From Octopus vulgaris (taxonomy: Eukaryota), in contig OX597838.1 in assembly GCA_951406725.2 (NCBI GenBank), positions 22,630,001 through 22,694,000 on the forward strand: DNA of 64,000 nt, read 5' to 3'. The translations under genes and the position numbers were made by a program. Of the stretch, positions 31,115-42,843 are shown one piece after another (positions within the stretch are counted from its first letter, which is position 1; every line of letters begins with the position of its first letter). The notes beneath the pieces were generated by a model. The model searched no databases. It had not been told where the DNA came from and saw only the letters and a program-made list of their open reading frames with translations.

Positions 31115-32028
31115 TTGTGCCTGTGAAAGAAGATTTTTTTTAAAGTGAGGAAAGGGTATGCACTGAGTCAATCCCACTCACTAAGCAACAGCAGCCATAA
31201 TCCGAAAAGAAGAACAAGTCAACATCATCGGTAACCACTGAGCCGCAGGTTTTATGTCAGAGTTATCCCAGTTATCTGAGTTACCTTCTCCTAGAACGAT
31301 GCCTTAACAAAGGCTAGGAGTCCTTCACTCCCAATGATTTAACCGTGCGATCGGGTATTCAGTCCGATTATTTCTATGTCCCCGCGCATGATACAGCCTT
31401 AAGACATTTATTGGAAGGCCGTTGACTCTCAAGAGTTCCTCCGCCCTTTGACGGGTTTTGTTTTTCATCCCGTAGGGTGTCCAATAAACGCCTTCCTCAC
31501 CAAGCAAGCTTGATGGGGTTGCCGGTTTAGTCGCCGACGACCCGACCATGCAACAGGTTGTACTGGGTTACATGTTACTAGTAGCACTCTAAAGTGACCT
31601 GACATAACATACATACATACATACATATATATATATAATACATCCATGTATGCGTATACATGTATGTGTATAGTCGTAGATCTCACTATACTGAGAAACA
31701 ACATAACGTATACAAGCAGATATTATCAAAGTAAACACCTAAAGTAAAATACACCAGATATGAAGGTCTCGTATTATACATATTACACGTTAGCGGAAAG
31801 AAAAGCGGAGGGTGAGGCAGGGAAATTGCATAAATGTGTCCCGTATTTATAGCAGTTTCGTGTTACCTCACCGTTATTTAAAATCGATTTCAAAGTTTCA
31901 TGTTACAGCAGTACTGCTTAAATATACCACTCATTTCTCTGATTTCGCTAAAATGGTAAAAAAAAAATATTAAAATCCTCTTAATTCCGACTCATTATAT
32001 ATTTCTTAGGGCAATGCACAGTACTGAA

Positions 32029-32240
32029 AGGCGGCAAACTAGCAGAAATGCTGGAGCAACTGGCAAAATGCTTCGCGGTATTTCTTCTCGCCTCTCACGT
32101 TCTGAGTTCAAATGTCACCGATGTCAAACTTTTGCCTTCCATCCATTTGAGATCAATATAATAAGCACCAATTGAGCACTGGTATTGATGTTATAGACTA
32201 GCCCCTGACCCTAAGATTTCATGTCTCGTGCCTATAATAG
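32029..32240 (+). mobile_element. SINE family B (diverged)
   Basis: GGCGGCAAACTAGCAGAA..ACGTTCTGAGTTCAAAT..TTTGCCTT. Confidence 0.7.
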
Positions 32241-32249
32241 AAAAAAAAT

Positions 32250-32838
32250 CTCTCTATCCGCTCAGTCGATGTCGACTCTCGGTCACTCGTTGGATCAGTG
32301 TCCTCCAGTCAGTTCTATCCTGGACCGTTTCTTTCAGATTGACTATGTCCATTCCGTATCACTCTTGATGGTGTCAAGACAGCGGGTTCTTGGTCGGCTT
32401 CTTCCTCTCTTGCCACTGACCATTCCAAGCATGATGTCCTTCTCCAAGGATTTTCTCCGCATAATATGACCGAAATATGCCAATCTGTGCTTGGTGATCC
32501 TAGCTTCTAGCGACATTTTCGGCCTGATCTGGTTAAGAACTTCTCCATTGGTGAGCCTCGCTGTCCATGGAATCCGTAAAAGTCTTCTCCAACACCAAAG
32601 CTCGAATGCATTAAATCTCTTCTGGTCAGCTTTCTTTAGTGTCCAGGTCTCGCATCCATATGTTGCTATTGGGAAGACAATTGCATTCACCAATCTGCAT
32701 TTGGTAGCGAGTCTGATGTCTCTACTCTTCCAGACCCTGCTCATGCTGACCATTGCCTCTCTGCCTAGTACTATCCGCCGTCTTATTTCTGGAGTGCAGT
32801 CACCATCTCGATTTATTTTGGAGCCAAGGAAGATGAAA
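32250..32838 (-). mobile_element. RTE-clade (BovB-like) LINE 3' fragment: post-RT C-terminal region and 3' UTR
   Basis: FIFLGSKINRDGDCTPEIRRRI..VFPIATYGCETWTLKKADQKRFNAFELWCWRRLLRIPWTAR..YFGHIMRR.SLEKDIMLG..GKRGR, typical of RTE/BovB ORFs; tail GAGAGTCGACATCGACTGAGCG. Confidence 0.9.
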
Positions 32839-32860
32839 GAATATTTATGGCAATATACAA

Positions 32861-33065
32861 GCTGACAGAATTGTTACCGCACCGGACAAAATGCTTAACG
32901 GTATTTCTTCCGGCTCTTTACATTCTCAGTTTAACAGCCGCCTAGGTCGACTTTGCCTTTCACCCATTCGGGATCGTTAAAATAAGTACCAGCAGAATAT
33001 TAGGGTCGATGGTCTCGACTTAAGCCTTTCCTAAAAATTGCTGGCCTTGTGCTAAAATTAGAAAG
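32861..33065 (+). mobile_element. SINE family B
   Basis: GCTGACAGAA..GGTCGACTTTGCCTTTCA..AAATAAGTACCAG..GGGTCGATG. Confidence 0.75.
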
Positions 33066-33164
33066 AATTATTATGACTTAATTGGTTTTAATTGATTAAC
33101 AATTGATTAACAATTAATCAATCGATCACTTGATTAATTGTTCAGTCAGTCAATCAATCGACTG

Positions 33165-33387
33165 TTGGCTGAGTACTCCACAGATATGCATACCCATAAC
33201 GTAGTTCTCAGGGAGATTCAGCGTGACACAGAATGTGTCAAGGCTGGACCTTACTCACTTTTACCAGCTGAGGAGATTGGAACAAATTGAAATAAAGAGA
33301 CTTGCTTAATGACACAACGCGCCGCTGGGAATCGAACTAAGGACCTTACAATCCTGAGCTGAATACCCTAACCACACGCGCCTTCAC
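33165..33387 (-). mobile_element. Chimeric SINE: family D head with family C-type tail
   Basis: Head similar to 19690-19770; tail TGTCACGCTGAATCTCCCTGAGAACTACGTTA..TGTGGAGTACTCAGCC matches 19920-20000. Confidence 0.7.
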
Positions 33388-33509
33388 TCTCTGTCACCAT
33401 TAGCAAACTCATCACAGCCTCTCTCTATTCTAAGTCTGCTTCAGGTGTATGTGTTTGCATTACGTGTATGGAGACGAGTATATATATGCGTATATGTATG
33501 TATACACAC

Positions 33510-33827
33510 ACGTGGCTCAGTGGTTAGAGCGGCGAGCTTACGACCGTGAGGTTGTGAGTTCGAATCCCGGACCGGGCTGCGTGTTGTGTTCTTGAGCAAG
33601 ACGTTGCTCTAGTTTACTCAGCTGTAAAAATGAATTGCGACGTCACAGGTGCCAAGCTGTATTGGCCCTTGCTTCTCCTTTGGATAACATCGGTGGCGTG
33701 GACAGAGGAGGCTGGTATGCATGGGCGACTACTAGTCCTCCATGAACAACCTTGCCCGGACTTGTGCCTCGGAAGGTAACTTTCTAGGTGCAATCCCATG
33801 CTCATTCGTGACCGAAGGGGGTCTCCG
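33510..33827 (+). mobile_element. tRNA-derived SINE (family D-related head, distinct tail)
   Basis: GTGGCTCAGTGGTTAGAGCG (A box), GAGTTCGAATCCC (B box); the tail matches 43262-43450 in reverse orientation. Confidence 0.8.
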
Positions 33828-33828
33828 T

Positions 33829-33880
<52 letters not shown>

Positions 33881-33882
<2 letters not shown>

Positions 33883-34220
33883 TTGGCATCCTTTCTGTCT
33901 CGGGAGACAATGGAGTTGCGCATAAAGTAGTCTAGTCCGGCTTTTATATTTCATGTCCTGATACATTTCCTGCTGTGGCTGTGTAGTCCTATCCTGGACA
34001 AACACTCCCTCTGGCAGGTACCGCAAATGTAGCGTAGACTGTTCCTGGCTGGTTGTAATGCCATAGTCTCTTGTTGACGTCTCTTCTTTTCTTTCCATTT
34101 CTCCTCTCTCTCTCTGTCACTCCTTTGTATTCCCTCTTTTACGGTACGTCGCCATTCTCCACGGTTGCCGGCAACTGCCTCCCAACCGCTAATATTGATG
34201 TTGCAGGCCTTCATGTCCCT
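33881..34220 (-). mobile_element. RTE-clade LINE 3' end with C-terminal C2H2-type zinc finger
   Basis: RDMKACNINISGWEAVAGNRGEWRRTV..YICGTCQRECLSRIGLHSHSRKC*; 3' UTR ends CCCGAGACAGAAAGGATGCCAACC. Confidence 0.85.
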
Positions 34221-34306
34221 ATATATATACATATATTCGTATATATATAATTATAAACAGAGTAAATTTTAGCCATTTCTCCGCAGACTGCAAAAAAAAA
34301 AAGGTG

Positions 34307-34357
34307 AGCAACGTTTATCGATTTTCGGACCTTATTCGGTTCTCATCAGAGGCTTCC
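34307..34357 (-). ncRNA. Partly decayed type I hammerhead motif
   Basis: CUGAUGA-GAACC(GAAUAA)GGUCC-GAAA-AUCGAU-AA: core boxes intact, but U16.1 and stem I are damaged. Confidence 0.55.
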
Positions 34358-34609
34358 ACATTATTTTGACAATCTCCAGAGAAGTAATCAGCCAAACTGT
34401 ATATATACTAAACAAATGCAGCAGTTACTCTACGAAGGAGTTCCTAATTTGCATACCATAAGTGTTTAACACTATATAAATACCAGCGGCCTGTCAATGG
34501 GGATCTTTGTCCACACAGTATTAAGGTATGATATAATAAATATGTAACATATGGTATAATTATAAACAGGGCAATTTTTAGCCATTTCTCCGCAAACTGA
34601 AAAAGCGAT

Positions 34610-34659
34610 GAACATCCTTAATCGATTTTCGAACCTTATTGGATTCTCATCAGAGATGT

Positions 34660-34661
<2 letters not shown>
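34610..34661 (-). ncRNA. Type I hammerhead ribozyme motif
   Basis: GGACAUCU-CUGAUGA-GAAUC(CAAUAA)GGUUC-GAAA-AUCGAU-UA-AGGAUGUUC: canonical core, 5-bp stem II, palindromic stem III AAUCGAUU, bulged stem I. Confidence 0.8.
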
Positions 34662-34697
<36 letters not shown>

Positions 34698-34716
34698 GTA
34701 TATATATATATATATG

Positions 34717-34772
<56 letters not shown>

Positions 34773-34777
<5 letters not shown>

Positions 34778-34973
34778 GAAGCTTTATGAAAATAAACAAA
34801 AGACGAAGGCAGGTGGAGTACAAACAAACAATTGTATTAGTATGGCGCTCAGGAATATAAATAAAACAAGTCTTTTACGTTTCGAGCCTACGCTCTTCAA
34901 CAGAAAGATACACAGAAAAGAAACACGGAGAGAAACAAGGAGAGAAAAAAAATGCGTGCAGAAGCAAGCGATT

Positions 34974-34977
<4 letters not shown>
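34773..34977 (-). mobile_element. Short HHR-bearing element between (TA)n tracts (same family as 37746-37948)
   Basis: Near-identical reverse complement of 37760-37948. Confidence 0.8.
34871..34908 (-). ncRNA. Type I minimal hammerhead motif, A6U core variant
   Basis: UCUUU-CUGUUGA-A-GAGC(GUAG)GCUC-GAAA-CG-UA-AAAGA. Confidence 0.7.
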
Positions 34978-35024
<47 letters not shown>

Positions 35025-35081
35025 ATATATATATATATGTATGCTTGTATATATATATATATGTATGTATATATATATATG

Positions 35082-35141
<60 letters not shown>

Positions 35142-35384
35142 GAAAAAAACTACAGAAGGCTTGTGTTATAAGGTTAAAGAATATATTTAAGTCGTTATGT
35201 TAGAAAAAATGTTATAAAATTTTGTGTATCGAACGATATTGGTAAATATATCTGTTAAAATGAGGTGACAATGTTACATTCATTTTTGCGCAAAACGACA
35301 ATTTATTCACCGCACCCTCACTCTCTCTCTCTCTCTCTTTTTTTCTTTATATATACATGCATACATACATACATACATATATGC

Positions 35385-35445
<61 letters not shown>

Positions 35446-35482
35446 CATACTTATATATATATACATACATATATATATACAT

Positions 35483-35542
<60 letters not shown>

Positions 35543-35641
35543 ATATATATATACTTATGTATATATATATATATAACATACACACAAACACACAAAAAAC
35601 ATACATATTATATATATATACATATATATTATAATAACACA

Positions 35642-35672
<31 letters not shown>

Positions 35673-35745
35673 TATATATTATTATAATATATATATATAC
35701 AACACACATACACACACTAGTGAATCCAACTTGCCATAGACAGAC

Positions 35746-35938
<193 letters not shown>

Positions 35939-36123
35939 TGTTTATATGGCTTGTTTAAAAGTACAGCAGATCTTGCCAGAGGACTGACGACTGCCTACCA
36001 ATAAACACTTGCAACATCACGGTTAAGACTTCCAAGTATCTCAGCGATCGCAGGTGTTGGTTATTTGATATATTGTGGCATCACTGTAACACCTACCGTA
36101 CACACGGCTGTGCACGCGCGACG

Positions 36124-36165
<42 letters not shown>

Positions 36166-36509
36166 AAGAATGTGTGTGTACATGTAAATGTTAATTTTGT
36201 GTATAAGCATCAGCAGATGAGATCGAGAGAATCTCAATACGGAAAACCCGGATAGTCCTCAAACGATTTGAACTTAGACTCCGATGTCTATACGAGGAAC
36301 CAAGTCAGCCGGGTAAAGAGTGGTTATTAGAGGAATTCCAAGTGAGCAAATACGGAGACAATGATTCAAATAAACGGATAAACACTTGTACAAAATATGT
36401 AGGCGTATATACATATGAAAAGAGAAGGCAGACTTATATTTTGTAGATGATTAACAATCAAGTACAAATATGCTTACGTTATGCGTATATGTACAAGTAT
36501 ATGTGTGTA

Positions 36510-36585
<76 letters not shown>

Positions 36586-36657
36586 GGAGGTTTGCGCTTC
36601 CTGAGTGCTCTTGTTATCATTATTATTATTATTATAATTATTATTATTATTATTATT

Positions 36658-37435
36658 CAGTAGTTTTATTTTTTTTTAGCGTGCTTTCACTTCACTACCG
36701 AGCGCAGCTCTGTGTGCCTTGGGTATGTGCTGTGATTTGTTGTGATGCTCTGATGGTTATTGTATGGAAAGTGTTCAGCGTAGGATGTGTGCAGTGCCTA
36801 GTAGTGCAATTTTCTGTATGTTATATGTGTTTGTAAGTCCTGGTGTTTTTGTTATGTATTTGTCTGAATATTTTTTATCATGCCTAATGCACCTACTATG
36901 ATAGGAATTGTTTCTGTTTTCAGGTTCCACATTCTAGTTATCTCTATTTCCAGGTCTTTGTATTTTGAGAGTTTCTCCATTTCTTTTAGAGACACGTTGT
37001 CATCTGCCGGTATTGATACATCAATTAGAAAGCATTTTTTTTCTTCATGCTCTCTGAGAACTATATCTGGTCGGTTGGCCTTAATTTCTCTATCTGTGTG
37101 TATCGGCATATCCCAGAGTATGGTTGCTTTCTCGTTTTCTGTGACCTTTTCTGGTGTGTGCCTATACCATCGTTTTTCTGTTGTTATTCCATAATGTTGG
37201 CATAGCTTCCAGTGTATGTAGGTTCCAACTCTGTCATGTCTGTGAATATATTCCTTCTTAGCCAGGACTGGGCAGCCAGAGATAATATGATTTATTGTTT
37301 CTTGTCCATCTCCACATATTCTGCAGTTACTAGTTATATTTCTTTTCATTACATGTTTTTGGTAATTTCTGGTGGGGAGGCTTTGGTCTTGTGCTGCAAT
37401 TATAAATCCCTGTCTCTGCTTTAAGTCCTGAGCTT
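36658..37435 (-). mobile_element. R4/Dong-like non-LTR retrotransposon 3' fragment (CCHC knuckle plus PD-(D/E)xK restriction-like endonuclease) in (TAA)n
   Basis: CRICGDGQETINHIISGC..YIHRHD..RPDIV..LIDVSIP..EKLSKYKDL..IPIIVGALG; flanked by (TAA)n at 36620-36657 and 37441-37453. Confidence 0.9.
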
Positions 37436-37449
37436 CTTCTTATTATTAT

Positions 37450-37617
37450 TATTACCTCCGCCTTAGTGAAGGCGGATGTACTGTTTTCGGTCGCGTTTGT
37501 TCGTTTGTTTGTTTGTCCGTGGACAAGATATCTCAAGAACCGCTGAATGGATTCGGATGAAACTTTCAGGGATGTTTTGCATCGTGACTGACACGAAGTG
37601 ACTAGATTTGGGGATCG
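37450..37617 (+). mobile_element. Helentron-associated (HINE/DINE-1-like) non-autonomous element, 5' part
   Basis: TATTACCTCCGCC..GGCGGA hairpin, (GTTT)n-GTCCGT tract, GATATCTC..GGATTCGGATGAAACTT core. Confidence 0.55.
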
Positions 37618-37946
37618 AACCGCTAAGTTACAGGGACGTAAACACACTAGCATCGGTTGTCAAGCGAAATTGAAGGGACAAACACAGACACACAAGCATA
37701 TACACACATATACATACATACATAAATACATACATATATATATATGTTGATTTGCTAGCCTCTGCACGCATTTTTTTTTCTCTCCTTCTTTCTGTGTTTC
37801 TTTTCTGTGTATCTTTCTGTTGAAGAGCGTAGGCTCGAAACGTTAAAGACTTGTTTTATTTATATTTCCTGAGCGCCATACTAATACAATTGTTTGTTTG
37901 TATTCCACCTGCCTTCGTCTTTTGTCTATTTTCATAAAGCTTCCCG

Positions 37947-37993
<47 letters not shown>

Positions 37994-38168
37994 CATACAT
38001 ATATACGACGAGCTTCTTTCAGTTTCCGTCTACGAAGTCCACTCACAAGGCTTTGGTCGACCTGAGGCTATAGTAGAAGACACTTGCTCAAGGTGCCACG
38101 TAGTGGGACTGAACCCGGAACCATGTGGTTGGTAAGCAAGCTACTTGCCACACAGCCACTCCTACGCC
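37618..38168 (-). mobile_element. SINE family A split by an HHR element in its internal microsatellite
   Basis: 3' module at 37618-37690, head at 38003-38168. Confidence 0.8.
37812..37849 (+). ncRNA. Type I minimal hammerhead motif, A6U core variant
   Basis: UCUUU-CUGUUGA-A-GAGC(GUAG)GCUC-GAAA-CG-UU-AAAGA, within element 37746-37948. Confidence 0.7.
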
Positions 38169-38480
38169 TATCCTTCATCTGTTTATATATTTTTTTAATG
38201 GTGATACCATTTAATCAAGAACATGTTTTGTATACAAAGCCTTCGGCGATCTGCATCGAAACAGCTTTCGATACATCTTTTAATTCGTACTTCTACTCAC
38301 AGCTGTCTTTAAATATTTTCCTATATGTTGTTGGCTACGTTTTCGTTCGAAGTTCGGAAACATGAAACTCCGCCATTCCCCACCCTAGTAGTAATACATG
38401 AAAATCTGACATTTCACTCTATTTTTATGATCGATTGCTACATTTTTTTTAACATGTTCGAGTGCTCACACACACTTATA

Positions 38481-38534
<54 letters not shown>

Positions 38535-38896
38535 TACACACATACACACGCACACACATATATATATTCTTGTACGTTTATATGTCTACTTCGTTATATG
38601 TATAAACATTAAGTAATGTTTATTAACTTATGCCACACTGGTGTGTGTATATATGTGAGTTTGTGTGTGGTGGGGTTAGTATATGTGTCTGTCTGTCTGT
38701 CTGTCTGTTTGTGGGCGTGTGTGTGTGTGTGTGTGAAAGAGAAATAAATAGATAGACAGACAGACAAGCAGGCAGGCAGACAGACAGAGATATATCTATA
38801 TGTATGTGTGTGTGTGTGTGTAGATATATCTGTCTGTCTGTCTTCTGCCTGCCTGTCTGTCTATCTATCTCTCTGTCACACACACACACGCTCATC

Positions 38897-38929
<33 letters not shown>

Positions 38930-38987
38930 TTATCTATCTCTCTTCCACACACATACACACGCACAAACAGACAGACAGACTCATATA

Positions 38988-39027
<40 letters not shown>

Positions 39028-39264
39028 CAGACATACCCATGTATATATACACATATATAAACATATGTGTGTGTCTGGATGGATGGATGGATGGATGGAT
39101 GGATGGATGTCTTGGCATTAAGTGTTTCGTTCAGATGGGAAAAAAAAACAGATTTGGTTAGCAGAACTTTGTGTTTTTTTCTCTTGGCATGTATCATTGG
39201 AAGAAGTCTTTCAGTGCGTCAGGGAATTAATGAACCTCCACTCCTATCTCTCTCCATCTCCAGA

Positions 39265-40226
39265 TTCCACCGCCACCACCATCACCATCACCACCACAAT
39301 CACAACCATCACCACTACCACTACAACCAACATCACTCCCCCCCCCACCCGACACCATCGTCACCACCACCATCGCTACGACTAACAACATTATCGCCAC
39401 CACCACCACCATCACCACTACCACCATCACCACCACCACTACTACCACCATCGCCACCACCATCATCATCATCACTACCATCATCACCACAACCACTATC
39501 ACCATCACCACTACTACCACCATCGCCACCACCACCATCACCAGCGTCATCATCACCACAATCACTACCGCTACCACTGCCACCGCTACCACCACTGTCA
39601 CCACCGCCAGCGCCACCACAAATGCATTATGCAGACCGGTGCCTGCTTAGAGTCTGTCTGTTCCGTTTACATGTCATTGCTTCGGCTGCTGCTGATCTTG
39701 TACTTTCTGCTGCTGCTGTTGTTGTTGTTGTTGTTGTTGCTGCTGCTGTTGTTGTTGAGGATGATGATGATGATGATGATGATGATGGCAAGGAAGACGA
39801 TGATAATGATGAAGATGATGATGATGATGATGACGATGATGATGAAGATGGTGGCAAGGAAGATGATGATAATGATGATGATGATGAAGATGGTGGCAAC
39901 GGTGATGATGATGATATTGATGATGATGATGATGATGGTAATGGTGATGGTGATGGTGGTGGTGGTGGTGGTGGTGGTGGTGGTGGTAGTGGTGGTGATC
40001 ATGGCTGTTGATTATGATGATGGCGGTGATGGTGATGATGATGATGGCGACGACGACACCGTCAACGATGACGACGGTGATGATGATTATGGTGGTGGCG
40101 GTGGTGGTGGTGGTGCTGGCAGTGGTGCTGGTGCTGGTGCTGGTGGTGCGGGTGGTGTTAGTGTGTGGTGGTGGTGGTGGTGGTGGTGGTTGGTGATGAT
40201 GATGATGGTCGCTTTTAGTAGAAAGG

Positions 40227-40283
<57 letters not shown>
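39265..40283. repeat. (ACC)n block followed by (GTT)/(GAT)/(GGT)n and (TTA)n
   Basis: Direct inspection. Confidence 0.95.
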
Positions 40284-40470
40284 GAGTGAGAGAGCAGCGC
40301 ATGCCACCAAATTGGCATTGGGGTACAAATATACGGAACCCAATATACACGTCTGATAAAGGTACACCAGGCACATGCATCACAACCATAGGTGCGCGAC
40401 ATGGTAATATCATAACAAGATTAAAAGCGCATGTCCTTGCAGGTGAGGCCCAGTTAGAATTTTTCTTCAA
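40284..40470. mobile_element. Unclassified short element flanked by (TTA)n
   Basis: Unique ~190 bp between (TTA)n and TATTATTATC. Confidence 0.35.
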
Positions 40471-40674
40471 TATTATTATCATTACTGGTTTCCTTTCATT
40501 ATAACTTTAGTTCAGATGCCTTAGTACCAACCACCACAACCACCACCACCACACTAACACCACCAGCACCACCGCCAGCACCACCAGCAACAACAACAGC
40601 AGCACCGCCACCACCATAATCATCATCACCGTCGTCGTCGTTGACGGTGTCGTCGTCGCCATCATCATCATTTA

Positions 40675-40885
40675 TTCCATTTTAGATGGAGAGTGTTTTC
40701 TGTAGTATACGAGCTGTACCCATCAAGGCTATCTTTTGTAGTTCACTGAGGTTTCAGTTACCAAGTATCATTCCCAACGCACCAAAACATGAACTCTGGA
40801 AACAGCCGTAGAGATTAATTTTCCTCTTATTGTATTATATACTGTATATATTTCTTAACAACAGATAAAACTTCATGGATTTGTT
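40675..40885 (-). mobile_element. R4/Dong-like LINE extreme C-terminal remnant
   Basis: Minus strand ..GALGMI..SELQKIALMGTARILQKTLSI*, similar to 52930-52990 and 53555-53612. Confidence 0.65.
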
Positions 40886-41044
40886 AATTGGACATTTTAG
40901 ACACTATTAAATTTTAGTATTGAAAATTGTTTTTGCTAGTTCTCTTTTCCTCAAATTTTTTCTATATACATCCCACGTATATTTTTTTACATGTATTTTT
41001 ATACATATCTATATTTTTAGAAATATTTATATATATTTTGTATG

Positions 41045-41094
<50 letters not shown>

Positions 41095-41108
41095 ATTTAT
41101 GACTATGT

Positions 41109-42330
41109 ATGCGCAAGAGTGGCTGTGTGGTAAGAATCTTGCTTCCCAACAACATGGTTCCGGATTCAGTCCCACTGCATGGCACCTTGGGCAAGTGTCT
41201 TCTACTATAGCCCCGGACCGACCAAAGCCTTGTGAGTGGATTTAGTTGACGGAGCCTAAAAGAAGCCCGTAGTGTATATATATATATATATATATTTATG
41301 AAAGAATGGAGTTGAACGACTTGTTAACAAATTTCCTTTATTTTCGACATATGTTTCGAAGGCTGCATATTCCTAATTCCGAAGGAATAAGGAGTACATT
41401 ATGCAGATTTCTCATCAGGAAAGGCAAGGAACTAATGTCGACATCAAAATGCACAAAAAAACTTTTAACTGACTGCTCTCAAGGAGCCCATGGCGATAAT
41501 GAGTGTCTGTTTATAAGGTGTGACGTCAGAGTGGCTGAATGTAGAAGAATCTAGAAGGATCTAAAGGTTCAAGGGTTCAAACGAAGTAGGAGGAGGGAGG
41601 CATAAGAATAGTAAGGTGAGAGGGTGCAGGTCAAAAGAATGGTGGGTTTAATTGATTTCTTTTATGAATGTGTGCCTGTGTGTGTGACTGTATATAACTG
41701 TCATAATGTGTGTATGTGTGTGTGTGAATGCGTGATTGTGTTTGTGGATGGGTAGATGTCAGAAAGCTGACAGCTGTGAGGTGAGGGGTCTGTGTCTGTG
41801 TGTTCGATTGTGTTTACTGTAGAGAAAGGGAAGTAGAGAGAGAAAGGGAGGAAGAGTCGGGCGAGGTGAGAGGCAACGCTGGAATGGGTAGTAGTTCTTG
41901 GAATTATAATAAAAACTTTTGACTATTGGGGTGAAATATAACAAAACTTTTTTGCAAATCGAGGGGTTATCTATATTAGTCACTATTCATATGAGTGAAA
42001 GGTGTGTCGTTTCCAGTGTAAACACCTGTAGGACCTTTCGACGATTGTATTTATTATATATATATATTTATGTATGTATGTATGTATGTATGTATGTATG
42101 TATGTATGTATGTATTTGTTATTTATGTCTTTTTTGTCCGCCGAAGCATCGCTTGACAACCGATGCTGGTGTGTTTATGTCCCCGTCACTTAGCGGTTCG
42201 CCAAAGAGACCGATAGAAGAAGTACCAGGCTTACAAAGAATAAGCCCTGGGGTCGATTTGTTCGACTAAAGTTCATGCTCCAGCATGGCCGCAGTCAAAT
42301 GACTGAAACAAGCAAAAGAATAAAAGAATA
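41109..42330 (+). mobile_element. SINE family A split by a ~760-bp HHR-bearing insertion
   Basis: Head at 41109-41275, 3' module at 42130-42330, insert at ~41297-42055. Confidence 0.8.
41333..41431 (-). ncRNA. Type I hammerhead ribozyme motif with long stem II and extended stem I
   Basis: UUCCUU-GCC-UUUC-CUGAUGA-GAA..CUGCAUA..UAUGCAG..UUC-GAAA-CAUAUG-UC-GAAA-AUA-AAGGAA: canonical core, GUC triplet, palindromic stem III ACAUAUGU. Confidence 0.9.
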
Positions 42331-42426
42331 TAAAACAGCTTTTATATTAATTCTTATCTTTTGTCTCGGGTTCGATCCGTGCCCTTCTTAAGCAGTTCTA
42401 TATATTTCCTAAGAAAGAATAATATG

Positions 42427-42775
42427 ACACCTTGGGCAAGTGTCTTCTACTATAGTCTCGGACCGACCAAAGCCTTGTGAGTGGATTTGCTAGACGGAAA
42501 CTGAAAGAAGCCCGTCATATATATGTATGTATATATATATATGTATGTATATGTGTGTGTGTGTGTTTGTGTTTGTCCCTCCGCCCCACCATCACTTGAC
42601 AACCGATGTTGGTGCGTTTACGTCCCCGTAACTTAGGCGCTCGATAGAATAAGTACTAGGCTTACAAAGAATAAGTCCTGAGGATCGATTTGTTCGACTA
42701 AAGACGGTGATCCAGCATGGCCGCAGTCAAATGACTGAAACGAATAAAAGAATAAAAGAAAAAGAATAAAAGAAT
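42427..42775 (+). mobile_element. SINE family A (5'-truncated)
   Basis: Runs from CACCTTGGGCAAGTG to the tail GACTGAAAC..AAAAGAA. Confidence 0.85.
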
Positions 42776-42785
42776 ATATTCGTAA

Positions 42786-42843
<58 letters not shown>

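Larger units (their letters stand above)
34246..34664 (-). mobile_element. Retrozyme or Penelope pLTR-like unit: ~110-bp direct repeats, each with an HHR, ~304-309 bp apart
   Basis: TATAATTATAAACAG..TTTTAGCCATTTCTCCGCA at 34246 and 34555; TCATCAG (reverse complement of CUGAUGA) at 34343 and 34647. Confidence 0.7.

Noticed and set aside
33510-33585. Possible tRNA gene (also 19700-19770 and 20150-20219)
   Set aside because: A and B boxes are present but there is no convincing acceptor stem, and the sequence continues into a SINE body.
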